Source of the DNA: Nitrosopumilaceae archaeon
Lineage (GTDB): Archaea > Thermoproteota > Nitrososphaeria > Nitrososphaerales > Nitrosopumilaceae
Direction of reading: 5' to 3'
DNA: 64,000 nt
Assembly (NCBI GenBank): GCA_965200155.1
Contig: CBDATR010000024.1
Span: 128,001 to 192,000, forward strand
A model generated the notes under the pieces. It saw only the letters and a list, made by a program, of their open reading frames with translations, was not told where the DNA came from and did not search any database. Made by a program: the position numbers and the translations under genes. Below are positions 1 through 10,239 of this stretch, piece after piece (the stretch's first letter is position 1; each line of letters starts with the position of its first letter).

Positions 1-495
1 ATCCGCATCCATGGCCCGCCGCAGCTTACCCTTGCTACCCTCAAACCAGTGCAGCAATACAGTGCAACGAAAGGAGCTCAGAGTATCCAGTATCATGTCC
101 AGACTCTTGCGCGAGTGTACCGAGACAGGGAGGCCCAGTCTTTCGGCCATCTCCAGCTGGGCCACAAATATGTCCATCTGCTGAGATAGCCCCACATCAT
201 AGGTGGGATCCAGCCCGATCTCACCCACTCCGCATGCACGGCCGTTATCCAGCATATGCTCCACACAATCCAAATCCCCGGAGCTAGCAAACTGGGGGTG
301 TATCCCCACAAAGGGTATTACAGGAGCGCCCGACTCCGCCAAGGCCAGCGTGGCTTCAGAGTCAGCCACATTGGTGGATACGCAACAGGCCTTTATGTGC
401 ATACGATTCATTGCCAGAATTATCTGCGGCATGTTGCCCGTATAATATGCGTCAGATAGATGTGCATGTGAGTCGTACAAAAATGTGCCCGGCAA
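1..495 (-). CDS. tatD: TatD-family hydrolase/DNase, N-terminal part (runs off window edge)
   Basis: Manual translation of the minus strand: LYDSHAHL...FVGIHP...GVGEIGLD...LPVSVHSR...LLHWF, the TatD motifs. TTG start approximate; not in the ORF track. Confidence 0.85.
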   Translation of the reverse strand, partial: MPGTFLYDSHAHLSDAYYTGNMPQIILAMNRMHIKACCVSTNVADSEATLALAESGAPVIPFVGIHPQFASSGDLDCVEHMLDNGRACGVGEIGLDPTYDVGLSQQMDIFVAQLEMAERLGLPVSVHSRKSLDMILDTLSSFRCTVLLHWFEGSKGKLRRAMDAD

Positions 496-541
496 CAGGT
501 CATTGTTTGGTGTCCTTTTATTCTAATTTTTCCAATCACAT

Positions 542-769
542 ATGGATATGGTTGATGTGGAATTGGGACTGGCTCCCATGTACCGAATACTCAAGAATAA
601 CGGCGCGGGAAGAATAAGCGACGAGTCGGTTGCAGAGCTGCGTCGCATAACGGAGGATACTGCAAGCGCCATAGCCAAGAGTGCAGTGGAGTTGGCAACT
701 CATGCTGGTCGAAAGACTATCAAGGCAGAGGATATAAGACTGGCATCAAAGATGCTCGTAGTCAAGTAA
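542..769 (+). CDS. Archaeal histone (HMf-type histone fold)
   Basis: ELGLAPMYRILK..GAGRIS...A.HAGRKTIKAEDI signature. True start may be 548. Confidence 0.92.
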   Translation: MDMVDVELGLAPMYRILKNNGAGRISDESVAELRRITEDTASAIAKSAVELATHAGRKTIKAEDIRLASKMLVVK

Positions 770-913
770 TCGTATAGGTCGCGTAAAATATCAGGCACCC
801 ATACGATGATGGAAAACAAGAATGGATGTGTATTTCAAACTGTCCAGGGGTGACCTAAACTGTTACCAAAGTCCTAAAGGGTTTAATTGTACGTGTCAAA
901 TTTGAAAAGGAGC

Positions 914-985
914 GGTGAGGTGGCAGAACGGTTATGCGTGGGCCTGCAGAGCCTATACAAGAGGGTTCGACTCCCTTCCTCACCT
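914..985 (+). tRNA. tRNA-Cys (GCA)
   Basis: GGTGAGG/CCTCACC acceptor stem, TGGGC-CT-GCA-GA-GCCTA anticodon arm, GGTTCGACT T-loop. Confidence 0.92.
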
Positions 986-1002
986 TTTTCAAGATTGGCA
1001 CA

Positions 1003-1443
1003 TTATGTGACTTCCACTATTCCATCCATCCAGGGGTGTAACGTGCAGTGATACACAAAGGTGCCCGGCTCCGCAAAGACGTAACTGAATCTGTCTGTAG
1101 GCTCCATGTGACCGCTGTCAAATTCGTATGGCGGATCCCCGTACATGCCAGAGGTCACACTGTGGAATGCAGAGTCCTGGTTCTCCCATACCACTTCCTG
1201 ACCGGTGGACACTTGTATCAGATAAGGTGTATAGCATTGCATGTTAACCTCGCAGCCGGGCCTGGAAGACTTTGTAGTCATTATGACATGGGTGTCAGAT
1301 GGGAGTTCCGGCGTATCGGCGGTTCCTGGAGTTGATGAGACCTCCGTTGCCTGAGTCGATGCCATGGACACCAAATACCACAGTAATACAACCATCAAAA
1401 CAACCGACGCGGCGGCCACAAGAGGCAATCTACCCTGACCCAC
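1003..1443 (-). CDS. Membrane-anchored cupredoxin (plastocyanin/azurin-like blue copper protein)
   Basis: N-terminal TM helix; W.N.DS..HSV and YHCTLHPWM type-1 copper ligands. Confidence 0.9.
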   Translation of the reverse strand: MGQGRLPLVAAASVVLMVVLLWYLVSMASTQATEVSSTPGTADTPELPSDTHVIMTTKSSRPGCEVNMQCYTPYLIQVSTGQEVVWENQDSAFHSVTSGMYGDPPYEFDSGHMEPTDRFSYVFAEPGTFVYHCTLHPWMDGIVEVT

Positions 1444-1533
1444 GGAAACATATACGACGGAACTTTATATATAAAATTGCAATACTAACATGGTTGTCCC
1501 CTTCCCAGTATACTCACAGCCCATGTGTGTGAC

Positions 1534-2088
1534 ATGTCACTGGTGCCCTTCCTAGAAGAGGCTTGGGAGTTCCCCATATTTTCCATAATTGCCATAGGGG
1601 GAGCCGTCGTTGTAGGGTTGGTACAGGGAAGAGTGCTTGGCAAGGCAATTACCGCAAGATTTGCCAGAATTCGCCGTCACGCATGGATATCATCCATAGG
1701 ATTGCTGGTACTGTTTTTGTCCAATGCTCTGATAAGCCTGCCGCGCTTCTCGTCGCCGGACAAGATACGCATCTCGGATTTATTTGCGTCAACGGATCCT
1801 CAGGCGTTCGCGGAGACGCTCTTTACGCTGATGGGTGTTGGAACAGGCTTCTTGGCAATATTTGCCATATCAGTTACTGTAATGAGCCTGTTATTGCTTC
1901 GTCTAGCTCCCATAAGAGGGGCATCCAAGGCCTTTGTCATAATAGTCAGCTCCCTGGTCATGCTGCTAACGATTCTCTCCAGGTTCACGTACTTGTCACC
2001 CAGTAACCTGGAGGTTGTACTGTTCTTTTTGTACCAGATTGGCATAACGGCAGGAATATTCATTTGGACCTTGCGCTGTAAGAGATAG
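1534..2088 (+). CDS. Hypothetical multi-pass membrane protein
   Basis: ~184-aa ORF with about five hydrophobic helices. Confidence 0.7.
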   Translation: MSLVPFLEEAWEFPIFSIIAIGGAVVVGLVQGRVLGKAITARFARIRRHAWISSIGLLVLFLSNALISLPRFSSPDKIRISDLFASTDPQAFAETLFTLMGVGTGFLAIFAISVTVMSLLLLRLAPIRGASKAFVIIVSSLVMLLTILSRFTYLSPSNLEVVLFFLYQIGITAGIFIWTLRCKR

Positions 2089-2096
2089 AGTCGTTA

Positions 2097-3422
2097 TCAC
2101 GAATAGCCTGCCAGACGGAATCCTGCTAACATCCAGCGCTCATCCATACGAAAGAAGTTACGGTAGCTTGCACGTATGGACATGGAGGGCGTTCCAAAGG
2201 ATCCTCCCCGCAGCACCTTTTGTGATGTGAACCACTTGTCGTTATACTCCTCAAAGGCAGACTGAAATCCCGGATACCCCACAAACTCCGAGGAGGTCCA
2301 TTCCCACACATCACCAATCATCTGCTGGCACCCACAGGGACTGGCCCCCTGGGGATAGCTCCCTATGGGGGCAACCTTCCAGGTATGGGACTCCAGAAGA
2401 TTGCAGTGTTGTGGCGATGGTGACCGGTCCCCCCAGGGAAACTCCCTGGGGATATTGCCATCCCAGCAGGCTGCCTTTTCCCATTCAAACTCGGTAGGAA
2501 GGCGCATGCCTGCCCATTTAGCATAGGCATCAGCCTCATAGTAACTGACATGGACTACAGGTTCGGCCATGTTTACCGGTCGGATACCGGCAAAGTCGCG
2601 GGTGTGCCATTTATTATCAATATACTCCCAGTACATGGGAGATTCCCACTCTTCCTCCTGTGCAGTCTTCCATCCGTCAGAGAGCCAGTACTTGTAACTC
2701 TCATACCCACCATCTTCCATGAATTTTATGTACTCGCCATTAGTGACAGGAAACCTGCCCATGACATAATCGTTAAGGTATACCCTGTGCCGGGGCAATT
2801 CCACATCATAGCAGAACCCATCCCCCGCATATCCGGCCTCATATATGCCGCCATCTATGGATATCATATCAGTACGGACCGGTCCCGGCGGTCTTGGGGT
2901 CTCTGAGTACTTTAGCGGAATGTACTGATCCGCGAGCAGGTGCTGCAGGTCATATACCAGCAGCTCCTGGTGCTGGCATTCATGATTCAGTCCCATCTGG
3001 AAGAGTGATTGTGTCCTTGAGTCTCTGTTATTCTGGAGAAACTCACCTACACGACGGCTTACTTCCACATAGTAGTCCAGAATGCGATCCAGGGTAGGTC
3101 TAGATACCACCCCCCGACGATCCTTGCGATGCGGTTCGCCGAACTGGTTATAGTATGAATTGAGATAGGTGGAGAATTCCTCCCTGTAGAACTGGTAGGA
3201 GGGATCAAGTCGCTTCATTATAATCTGATAAAGCCAAGAGACATGTCCCAGATGCCACTTGGGAGGGCTCATATAAGAGGCGGTCTGTACCACAAAGTCA
3301 TCATACTCTAGTTTTGCAACCAAACCCAGTGTCCTGAGTCGCGTCTCTACAAACTGTCCCTCCAGGGAATCACGGGTTGTCGTATGAGGTATCTCCTGCA
3401 TGATACTTTTTATGGCATCCAT
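2097..3422 (-). CDS. egtB: Ergothioneine biosynthesis sulfoxide synthase EgtB (DinB_2 + FGE-sulfatase)
   Basis: SPPKWHLGH, HECQHQELL iron-binding motif, RLPTEFEWE, GDVWEW, VLRGGS, GFRLA. Confidence 0.88.
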   Translation of the reverse strand: MDAIKSIMQEIPHTTTRDSLEGQFVETRLRTLGLVAKLEYDDFVVQTASYMSPPKWHLGHVSWLYQIIMKRLDPSYQFYREEFSTYLNSYYNQFGEPHRKDRRGVVSRPTLDRILDYYVEVSRRVGEFLQNNRDSRTQSLFQMGLNHECQHQELLVYDLQHLLADQYIPLKYSETPRPPGPVRTDMISIDGGIYEAGYAGDGFCYDVELPRHRVYLNDYVMGRFPVTNGEYIKFMEDGGYESYKYWLSDGWKTAQEEEWESPMYWEYIDNKWHTRDFAGIRPVNMAEPVVHVSYYEADAYAKWAGMRLPTEFEWEKAACWDGNIPREFPWGDRSPSPQHCNLLESHTWKVAPIGSYPQGASPCGCQQMIGDVWEWTSSEFVGYPGFQSAFEEYNDKWFTSQKVLRGGSFGTPSMSIRASYRNFFRMDERWMLAGFRLAGYS

Positions 3423-3480
3423 GTGACGGCAGGGAGTAATCGCTTTTTAATACGTTCTGAATTTGATGTGAAAATTCTCC

Positions 3481-3572
3481 GTATGAGTTCACCTGTGTCT
3501 AAATTTACGCATAACTGATCGCTACAGTTAATGTGATTTGTGCATAAGATTCCGGAAGACGTGAACTCATAC
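3481..3572. mobile_element. 92-bp IS66-type MITE
   Basis: TIR GTATGAGTTCAC/GTGAACTCATAC; 8-bp TSD AATTCTCC. Confidence 0.95.
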
Positions 3573-3697
3573 AATTCTCCCATGACCTCTCCGCTACGCG
3601 CATGCACGTAGTGCCGCTTTTATGATAATGGCGGTACAGGCTCAACTAGGTTTGATTAGGTCAGACCAGCGTACAGTTTAATTATTTTGTATTTGTC

Positions 3698-4843
3698 TTG
3701 GCGCTTATGCTAACTCTTGTACTGGTCGCGGCAATCATATCCTCCGCAGCGGCCCAGGAGGCAGACTATGCACCCTACGTCGAGAGTATACAGATGTTGC
3801 TGGATAAAGATACAGAACAGGCCCATGTGTCGGTATTGCTGCAGAGTATAAGTGTAAATGACATAATGATTACAGGCCCTCTTGAGCAGGATTTACGGGA
3901 ACATGACAGGATACTGGCGATGCTTCTCACCAATACGGATACCTGCGTTCCGGGGGTCACCGACGAGGCATGCATAATACTGAACATGCTAAGAGTGCCC
4001 GACGAGAAAGATATCATAACAGTACAACAGAATGTAAGGACCGAAGGAGACAAATTCATAGATGAATTGAATACCACTTTTGGTACCAATGCCGAATTCC
4101 ATTCGGTATTTGTCCATCATGACAATACGCAAAGTCAGACCCTAGGAATGTCAGGGGCAGTTGATCGTAACACGGTCTCTGCGGTATATACCATACCGCA
4201 ACAGGATACTACTGATCTCTTTGAGATGCTGGCAGCCAAACTGCTCGCGCCTGACATATACCAGGGGGGCGGGTTTGTTGACGCTGCAAGAATCCTAGCT
4301 GCCCAGGACAATGCCACAGTCACCTTTGCGGCCATTCCCGGTAACACCAACAGCCTAATGCAACTTCGAGTCCTAATGCCATACCAGCATGCACAGGATA
4401 CCGTGAATCCGCTGGAGCGAATTGGTAGTGTGGCAAGATCAGCCTATTTTGATGAGGGATTCTATCCCCTAAATTCACTTGTTCGCGTTGTTATAACATC
4501 AGGAGAGGGTATAGCGGTATCGGATGTGCAGAGTCCCCTACTGCCTACAGCCATAACCAATGGCAGAATCATCCCTTCGGAGATCTCTGGTGCGGGCTGG
4601 GTCTTTGATCCCGCATCGGGAATAATAATCAGGGGCACGTACCTAATTGGAGCCGGGGGACAGGCGAACTTGGAGCAGACGGCAATTGTGCTGGGTGAAA
4701 CCGTATTGGAGACACCTGTCGCGACTCCCATAGCAGAGGAGGCCGAGAATATGTCCTGGGACAATATTATGATAGTTGTTATAATAGTAGTGACAGGTGC
4801 CGCCGCCGGTGTATTCTACTTACGCGGGTACAAAAGATCCTAA
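3698..4843 (+). CDS. Secreted, C-terminally anchored hypothetical protein
   Basis: Signal peptide, C-terminal TM helix followed by basic tail (YLRGYKRS). Confidence 0.75.
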   Translation: MALMLTLVLVAAIISSAAAQEADYAPYVESIQMLLDKDTEQAHVSVLLQSISVNDIMITGPLEQDLREHDRILAMLLTNTDTCVPGVTDEACIILNMLRVPDEKDIITVQQNVRTEGDKFIDELNTTFGTNAEFHSVFVHHDNTQSQTLGMSGAVDRNTVSAVYTIPQQDTTDLFEMLAAKLLAPDIYQGGGFVDAARILAAQDNATVTFAAIPGNTNSLMQLRVLMPYQHAQDTVNPLERIGSVARSAYFDEGFYPLNSLVRVVITSGEGIAVSDVQSPLLPTAITNGRIIPSEISGAGWVFDPASGIIIRGTYLIGAGGQANLEQTAIVLGETVLETPVATPIAEEAENMSWDNIMIVVIIVVTGAAAGVFYLRGYKRS

Positions 4844-5391
4844 AGCAGCAAAACTGCCGCCGCAAATACAGTGGTCCATAGACCATTCTTGTCCCCGGTA
4901 GCGGTCTGTGTGATGTTGGATGTCTTGTATATCTGGCCGGATATGTTCCACTGCTGTTTTTTTTCATCCCAGCTCTGGTCTATATCAAAGGGTATGCCCA
5001 AAGACGAGGCCAGCATTTGCGCAGCTATATCCTCTGCATAGTCACCAGCCTGTCGCTCATTCTCTCCGAAGGAAATGTGCTCGGACAGGTAACCATAACG
5101 GGAGGGATCCTTGGGACGGGCAAGTCCCACAGAGGCGGCGCACAGTCTATGAGGCTCATTGACCTGATTTTTAGAGTAAATGGTAAAGAGAATTTGGCCA
5201 GGCTGTATCAGTTTTAGACCCTCTATCTTTGACACCAAACGTGCATTGGGGGGAAATATGCTAGATATGAGTACCAGGTTGGTTCCAGCGATACCGGCAT
5301 CTCTCAGTGCATATTCGAAACTTGTTAATTTGTCAGGATGAACTCCCTTACCCTTTGTTAGGAATAGTTTCTTTGCAACCAAGTCCAGCAT
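4840..5391 (-). CDS. pdaD: Pyruvoyl-dependent arginine decarboxylase
   Basis: SFEYALRDAGI..NLV.ISSI.PP with the Ser-Ser cleavage site; GYLSEH. Start taken at MLDLVAKK. Confidence 0.9.
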   Translation of the reverse strand: MLDLVAKKLFLTKGKGVHPDKLTSFEYALRDAGIAGTNLVLISSIFPPNARLVSKIEGLKLIQPGQILFTIYSKNQVNEPHRLCAASVGLARPKDPSRYGYLSEHISFGENERQAGDYAEDIAAQMLASSLGIPFDIDQSWDEKKQQWNISGQIYKTSNITQTATGDKNGLWTTVFAAAVLLL

Positions 5392-5532
5392 AAAGAGGCG
5401 ACGCTTGCTGAAATAATTTAATTGTACGGATGGAGAACACGTCAGCATAAAGCGTCAGGTTAGCAAATACCAACCAATGACAAAAGTACACGCATATGGA
5501 ACTTAATATGATGCGGTGTCTACGTTGTAGTA

Positions 5533-6093
5533 TTGACTGAGTGGTTCGGGGATTTTTTGGGGTTGGCATACCGATACTATGACCTAAGAATGAATGTGGT
5601 TCCGCTATTTTTGGACAGACGTGAAGGACTCAAAATATGGCAGAATGTGATACACTGGTGGTCAGACATGTCCGTCAGGATAAGATTCGTGGAGAACGAT
5701 AAGCAATACTGGTTTATCATGGGCGCGGAGTCAAAAAGACCGGATACGAACTTGTCTTTTTACAAGGTGCTAACCCGCTCCCCCCATTATGAGAGATTCA
5801 AGGCAGGATGGGACGAGGCAGCATACCTGCGCTTTGGGGAGTATTCAGTACAGGATATCAAGAAAGCCAAGGACTCAGACATGTGTAACTGCGGACATCT
5901 GGCAGGGGATCACGCTGATGATGATGGCAGTAGTGAATGCCTGGAGGAGGAATGCTCCTGTAAAGAGTACGCGTCTACCCAAATATACATGCTAAAGAGG
6001 AAGAAGACAGTTACAGATATCATATTCATGGATGAATCCCAAGTGCGCGATGATCCCCTAGCATGGAACTGTATAAACGCCAATAGTTCCTAG
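5533..6093 (+). CDS. Hypothetical protein with Cys/His cluster (C.CGH...H...C....C.C)
   Basis: 186-aa ORF with possible Zn-binding motif. Confidence 0.7.
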   Translation: MTEWFGDFLGLAYRYYDLRMNVVPLFLDRREGLKIWQNVIHWWSDMSVRIRFVENDKQYWFIMGAESKRPDTNLSFYKVLTRSPHYERFKAGWDEAAYLRFGEYSVQDIKKAKDSDMCNCGHLAGDHADDDGSSECLEEECSCKEYASTQIYMLKRKKTVTDIIFMDESQVRDDPLAWNCINANSS

Positions 6094-6260
6094 TCTTTAC
6101 CCAACCGCACATGCTTGCCGGGATAGTGCTTGTGAATCCCGTCCGAGTAGCACTGGCCGCACAAGGAGCCGGTGACTGACCACTCCTTCATTGGGGCATA
6201 AGATTTAGATATACGCTCACCACATATAGCGCAAGAACCGCGTTCCAAGACAGCCTGATG
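6090..6260 (-). CDS. Small Zn-finger-like hypothetical protein
   Basis: CAICG...LCGQCY pattern; start uncertain. Confidence 0.55.
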   Translation of the reverse strand, partial: HQAVLERGSCAICGERISKSYAPMKEWSVTGSLCGQCYSDGIHKHYPGKHVRLGKD

Positions 6261-6531
6261 AGCACAAAGTTCGTATAAATACGTTGTAAGTTTACCGGGA
6301 ACAGCCATTTTAGTCTATTTGTATATGTGTCCATGCCGTGAAGTGTACACCAAGATTTGTTGTGCCGCCAATATTCCGGAATTACTCCAGCCAATCCCAA
6401 CGGATATCGAACTATAGCGCCATACCAGAACAGTATTCCCGTGACAATAGTCTCTGCCAAGGGCTTGTTCCCCGCATCATGATGCAGATAACGTATGTTG
6501 AGAGTGACTCAAGTGATTCTCAAACTTAGAG

Positions 6532-7559
6532 TGTATTATACAAAAATTAGGTCGCACTAATTTTAAGGCCCTTGCAAAGGATTACTTTATGATTCATCGT
6601 TCTACACGTGCTTCAAAGAAACTCACAGACAAGCAGATTGAATACGTAATCCGGCTCTGCAAGAAAGGAGAGTCAAGCAGGAACATTACAGCAAGTATGA
6701 AGGTCTCACAGAGACATATTCAGCGCCTGTATGCAGAGAATCGTAATGCCGGTACAATATACACGCACAATCAGAACCAGGCCGTCCAATCCAAAACCCG
6801 ACTCAGATACAATTGATGCGGTACTGCGCCAGTGCAAGAATGATCCAGCAGGAGTGTTACAAACAGCAAAGGTACTCCACATCACCCAAATACAATACAG
6901 TGTACAAAATCATGAAAGACTATGATTTAATGGCACCACCGACACGGAAGGGACGACGCAAATGGGTTAGTTTTGAGAGAATGTACTCAAACGCCATGTG
7001 GCACGTGGACTTGCACATCATGAAGAGCAAAAAATGGGCAGGAATGAAACCTTGTAGTATACCTGGATGATGCCTCTCGATGCGTTGTTACAGACAGACT
7101 ATTCCAGCATGCCACCTCTAAGATCGGTCCTGGCTCTGCATGATGCAATCAGTATGTTTGGTCACCCTGCCACCATACTATCCGATAACGGTTCATGCTT
7201 TGTAGGCCCAATGACACGTAAAAGAGAGAAACCAAAAATGTACCTGGAAGCCTACAGTCTTTGAGGCGGCTCTCATTGATCTTGGAATCCCCATGATAAA
7301 CTCAATACCACAGACTAATGGTAAGATGGAGCGGTTCTTCAGGAGTCTTGGGGAAGGCATGGAATACTATGGTGGCATGTCCAAATACATCGAGTATTGT
7401 AATGAGCGCAGACTGTACTGGTCCCTTGACATCGATAACCTGGAGACTCCGCTCACGGCGTTTCACAACAAAAGAGATACACAGTCAATCAGGAAGAGTG
7501 ACACAAAATGGATGGAGTGTGATGCCAATTACTATCGGACCGACTTTTCATACATTACA
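6532..7559 (+). mobile_element. IS481-family element, frameshifted transposase pseudogene
   Basis: TGT...ACA ends; 15-bp TSD TTCTCAAACTTAGAG (6517-6531 / 7560-7574); HTH, NAMWHVD, DDASR, ILSDNGS, PQTNGKMERF fragments in several frames. Confidence 0.9.
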
Positions 7560-7610
7560 TTCTCAAACTTAGAGAGCTAAATTTAATAACACTTATTGCA
7601 ATCAGTTGAC

Positions 7611-7892
7611 ATGGTCGCATATAGGACTAGTATGCAGATAATAGCAGATCTGCTAGTCGCCACACAAGATTCCGGTAGAGAGGGAATAAGACCTACCACA
7701 TTACTTAGCAAGGCGAATCTTTCACACTCCAGATTAGGTAAATTTCTGGGGAACCTTATCAGCGCGGGCTTGGTCAACAAAATAGAATATGACGGCAGGC
7801 ACACGTTTGTAATTACACCCAAGGGTAGACAGTACCTTGAATCATACCAGAGATTTTGCAGTATAGCAGAGTCCTTTGGACTAGAGCTGTAA
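7611..7892 (+). CDS. Winged-helix DNA-binding protein
   Basis: YRTSMQII.DLL...ANLSHSRL...F.IT.KG..YL pattern. Confidence 0.8.
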   Translation: MVAYRTSMQIIADLLVATQDSGREGIRPTTLLSKANLSHSRLGKFLGNLISAGLVNKIEYDGRHTFVITPKGRQYLESYQRFCSIAESFGLEL

Positions 7893-7896
7893 CACA

Positions 7897-8061
7897 TTAT
7901 CTTTTCCTTTTATATTGACGACGGTTTTTTGCCGTAGAGTAAAAAATTACCGCTATGGCACCGGCCAGCATTGCGTAGAACTCAATCCAGCGCGCTTGAG
8001 CTGCCATTATAGCCATACCACCCACCAGTAATATGAACACCACCAGCAGATACTTGTCCAT
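7897..8061 (-). CDS. Small two-TM membrane protein
   Basis: MDKYLLVVFI... hydrophobic pair, basic tail. Confidence 0.6.
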   Translation of the reverse strand: MDKYLLVVFILLVGGMAIMAAQARWIEFYAMLAGAIAVIFYSTAKNRRQYKRKR

Positions 8062-8174
8062 GAAACTCAAGAGCAATACGTTTGGTATAACTGTTAAGGG
8101 CACAATGCTGAATCAGGATCGATTATACCCAACAAATTTGGACATTGCCGCAAGTGATATGACAGATACAAAGA

Positions 8175-8381
8175 TTACCGTTTTCGCCGTCGTCGGTCAC
8201 GAGAAGTAGGATCCTGTGTCAAAAATCTCCACCCGAAGAACCCGCCCAGACATAGTTGCGACACACCCAACATTGTTAGGAGAAACACCGATTGTGAGAG
8301 GCCGACATATATTCCAAAGACGCCAGTACACAAGAACATAATCATGATATTACGCAGTTTATGCGGAGGAAGACGTCTCAC
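8175..8381 (-). CDS. Small two-TM membrane protein
   Basis: Probable GTG start at (V)RRLPPHKLRNI; two hydrophobic helices, Arg-rich tail. Confidence 0.6.
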   Translation of the reverse strand: MRRLPPHKLRNIMIMFLCTGVFGIYVGLSQSVFLLTMLGVSQLCLGGFFGWRFLTQDPTSRDRRRRKR

Positions 8382-8795
8382 AAATAAGCACTTACATACT
8401 GAGTATAATACGTTGTGGTTTTGATCGCGGGAACGGGCTCCATACGGCACATTCAAGGTTGCCGCCAAACGAGGTACTAATGCATGGACACGGGAATCAA
8501 ATGTCGACAAGATAGCCTGAATTAATCTGTCACGGGTTAAGCAAACTACCGAATCATGGTCTTGGGTTCATCTCTCTATATCAGGTAGGCCAAACGAGGC
8601 ATGTCACTAGATTCGGCACTCTTCGCACGATCATTGCATAAGATCAAAGTTGGTACCCTCAATGGCTACGGGATGGTGTATTGCATGGAATGCAAAGAAC
8701 CATCTTGCGCACAGATGGCTCCATTCTGTAATGGTAAGTGAAAACCTGCATCTTGCATACGGTTTAAATCAATGGATCATGACACTGTCCACAGT

Positions 8796-8873
8796 GCCAA
8801 TGTAGCTCAGCCTGGCTAGAGCATTCGCCTTGTAAGCGAAAGGTCGCGGGTTCGGATCCCGTCATTGGCTCCA
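8796..8873 (+). tRNA. tRNA-Thr (TGT)
   Basis: GCCAATG/CATTGGC acceptor stem, TTCGC-CT-TGT-AA-GCGAA anticodon arm, GGTTCGGAT T-loop, followed by T-CCA. Confidence 0.93.
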
Positions 8874-8926
8874 TATTCTGTATAAAACCAAACATGTTAA
8901 TATCCCCACATCCGCGAATTCACATT

Positions 8927-9928
8927 ATGAGCAAGGATTCCACCGAGTCCAACGATAAACCCAACACCCAATCGGATGACCCAGCTGAGAACGACGCGAC
9001 AGGAGATGAGTCTCCGGATACCAATACACAAGAGTTTGAAGAAACCAATGCGCCACAAGATGCGGTTCCGGTTATTGAAGAAAAGCAGGAGGCAATACCA
9101 GAGAAGACTGCTAGAGCAAGACAAGGTGGTATGAACAAGGGCGTATACGGTGCCCTGATTGCCACAGTAGGAGTGGCGGCGTTCTTTGCCGGACTATCGG
9201 TGCCCGTACTGAACAGCGATCCCATAACCATGTCAGACTTGGAACAAGCCGTGATGTTTCTTGAGGACAAGATAGACACGCTTTCAGATGACCTGCAGGA
9301 GATAGAGGACAGAATGTTGACTGAGCCACAAGGCTCCACTACTGCCACCCAACCCCCGCTAAGAATTAGTGCGGACGATGATCCTGTCATGGGCAGTTCC
9401 AATGCCCCCTTGTTAATGATCGAGTTCTCCGACTTTCAGTGTCCGTTCTGTGCCAGATTCCACAGTGAGACACTTCCACTCATCAAGGAGAACTACATAG
9501 ATACCGGTATTGTAAAGATGGTGTACCGTGATTTTCCGCTGGAAAACATACATCCTAACGCGGTGGCAGCCGCGGTTGCCTCAGAGTGCGCACACGATCA
9601 GGACACATATTGGCCATATCACGACATTCTCTTTGAGAGAATCGGTGAGTGGGGAAGCCTAACGCAGGCAGGAGCAGTAGAGCAATTCAAGGCCTATGCA
9701 ACAGACCTAAGCTTGGAGTTGGAGACATTTTCAGAATGTCTGGACACGGGCAAGCACACGAATGAGGTAAGTAATGATTTCAACGATGGTAGAGCATATG
9801 GCATAACTGGCACACCAGCATTCTTCATAGGTAACGATCAGATAGGGTACTATCCACTATCCGGTGCGCGGCCCTACAGTGAATTCCAATTCGCCTTTGA
9901 GCAACTACTAAGCTTGACATCACAGTAA
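8927..9928 (+). CDS. DsbA-family thioredoxin-fold protein, membrane anchored
   Basis: EFSDFQCPFC, YRDFPL, GITGTP; acidic N-terminus plus TM and coiled coil. Confidence 0.88.
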   Translation: MSKDSTESNDKPNTQSDDPAENDATGDESPDTNTQEFEETNAPQDAVPVIEEKQEAIPEKTARARQGGMNKGVYGALIATVGVAAFFAGLSVPVLNSDPITMSDLEQAVMFLEDKIDTLSDDLQEIEDRMLTEPQGSTTATQPPLRISADDDPVMGSSNAPLLMIEFSDFQCPFCARFHSETLPLIKENYIDTGIVKMVYRDFPLENIHPNAVAAAVASECAHDQDTYWPYHDILFERIGEWGSLTQAGAVEQFKAYATDLSLELETFSECLDTGKHTNEVSNDFNDGRAYGITGTPAFFIGNDQIGYYPLSGARPYSEFQFAFEQLLSLTSQ

Positions 9929-9997
9929 ACCTGCAATATAGAGTCACACCAAATAGCATATGGCAATTATACCAACCGCCACTTTACCAGATAAGAG

Positions 9998-10089
9998 GTA
10001 TGAGTTCACCTGTGTCTAAATTTACGCATAACTGATCGCGACAGTTAATGTGATTTGTGTATAAGATTCCGGAAGACGTGAACTCATAC
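9998..10089. mobile_element. 92-bp IS66-type MITE
   Basis: TIRs intact; TSD GATAAGAG. Confidence 0.95.
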
Positions 10090-10239
10090 GATAAGAGACC
10101 TAGCAATGGGATTGAATGGATTCAATATCCATTCTAAACCAACAAGCGCTTATATTTAGCACAGTAAGTATAACATTACTGAAAATGACAAAATATGCAT
10201 CGAGGCAACCCTTGTGCCATCGATTGAGTAGAGTGGAAA

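Noticed and set aside
8510-8790. Unexplained intergenic stretch (also 22560-22920, 34360-34600, 39251-39370)
   Set aside because: No recognisable ORF, repeat or RNA motif that I can support; possibly eroded pseudogenes.
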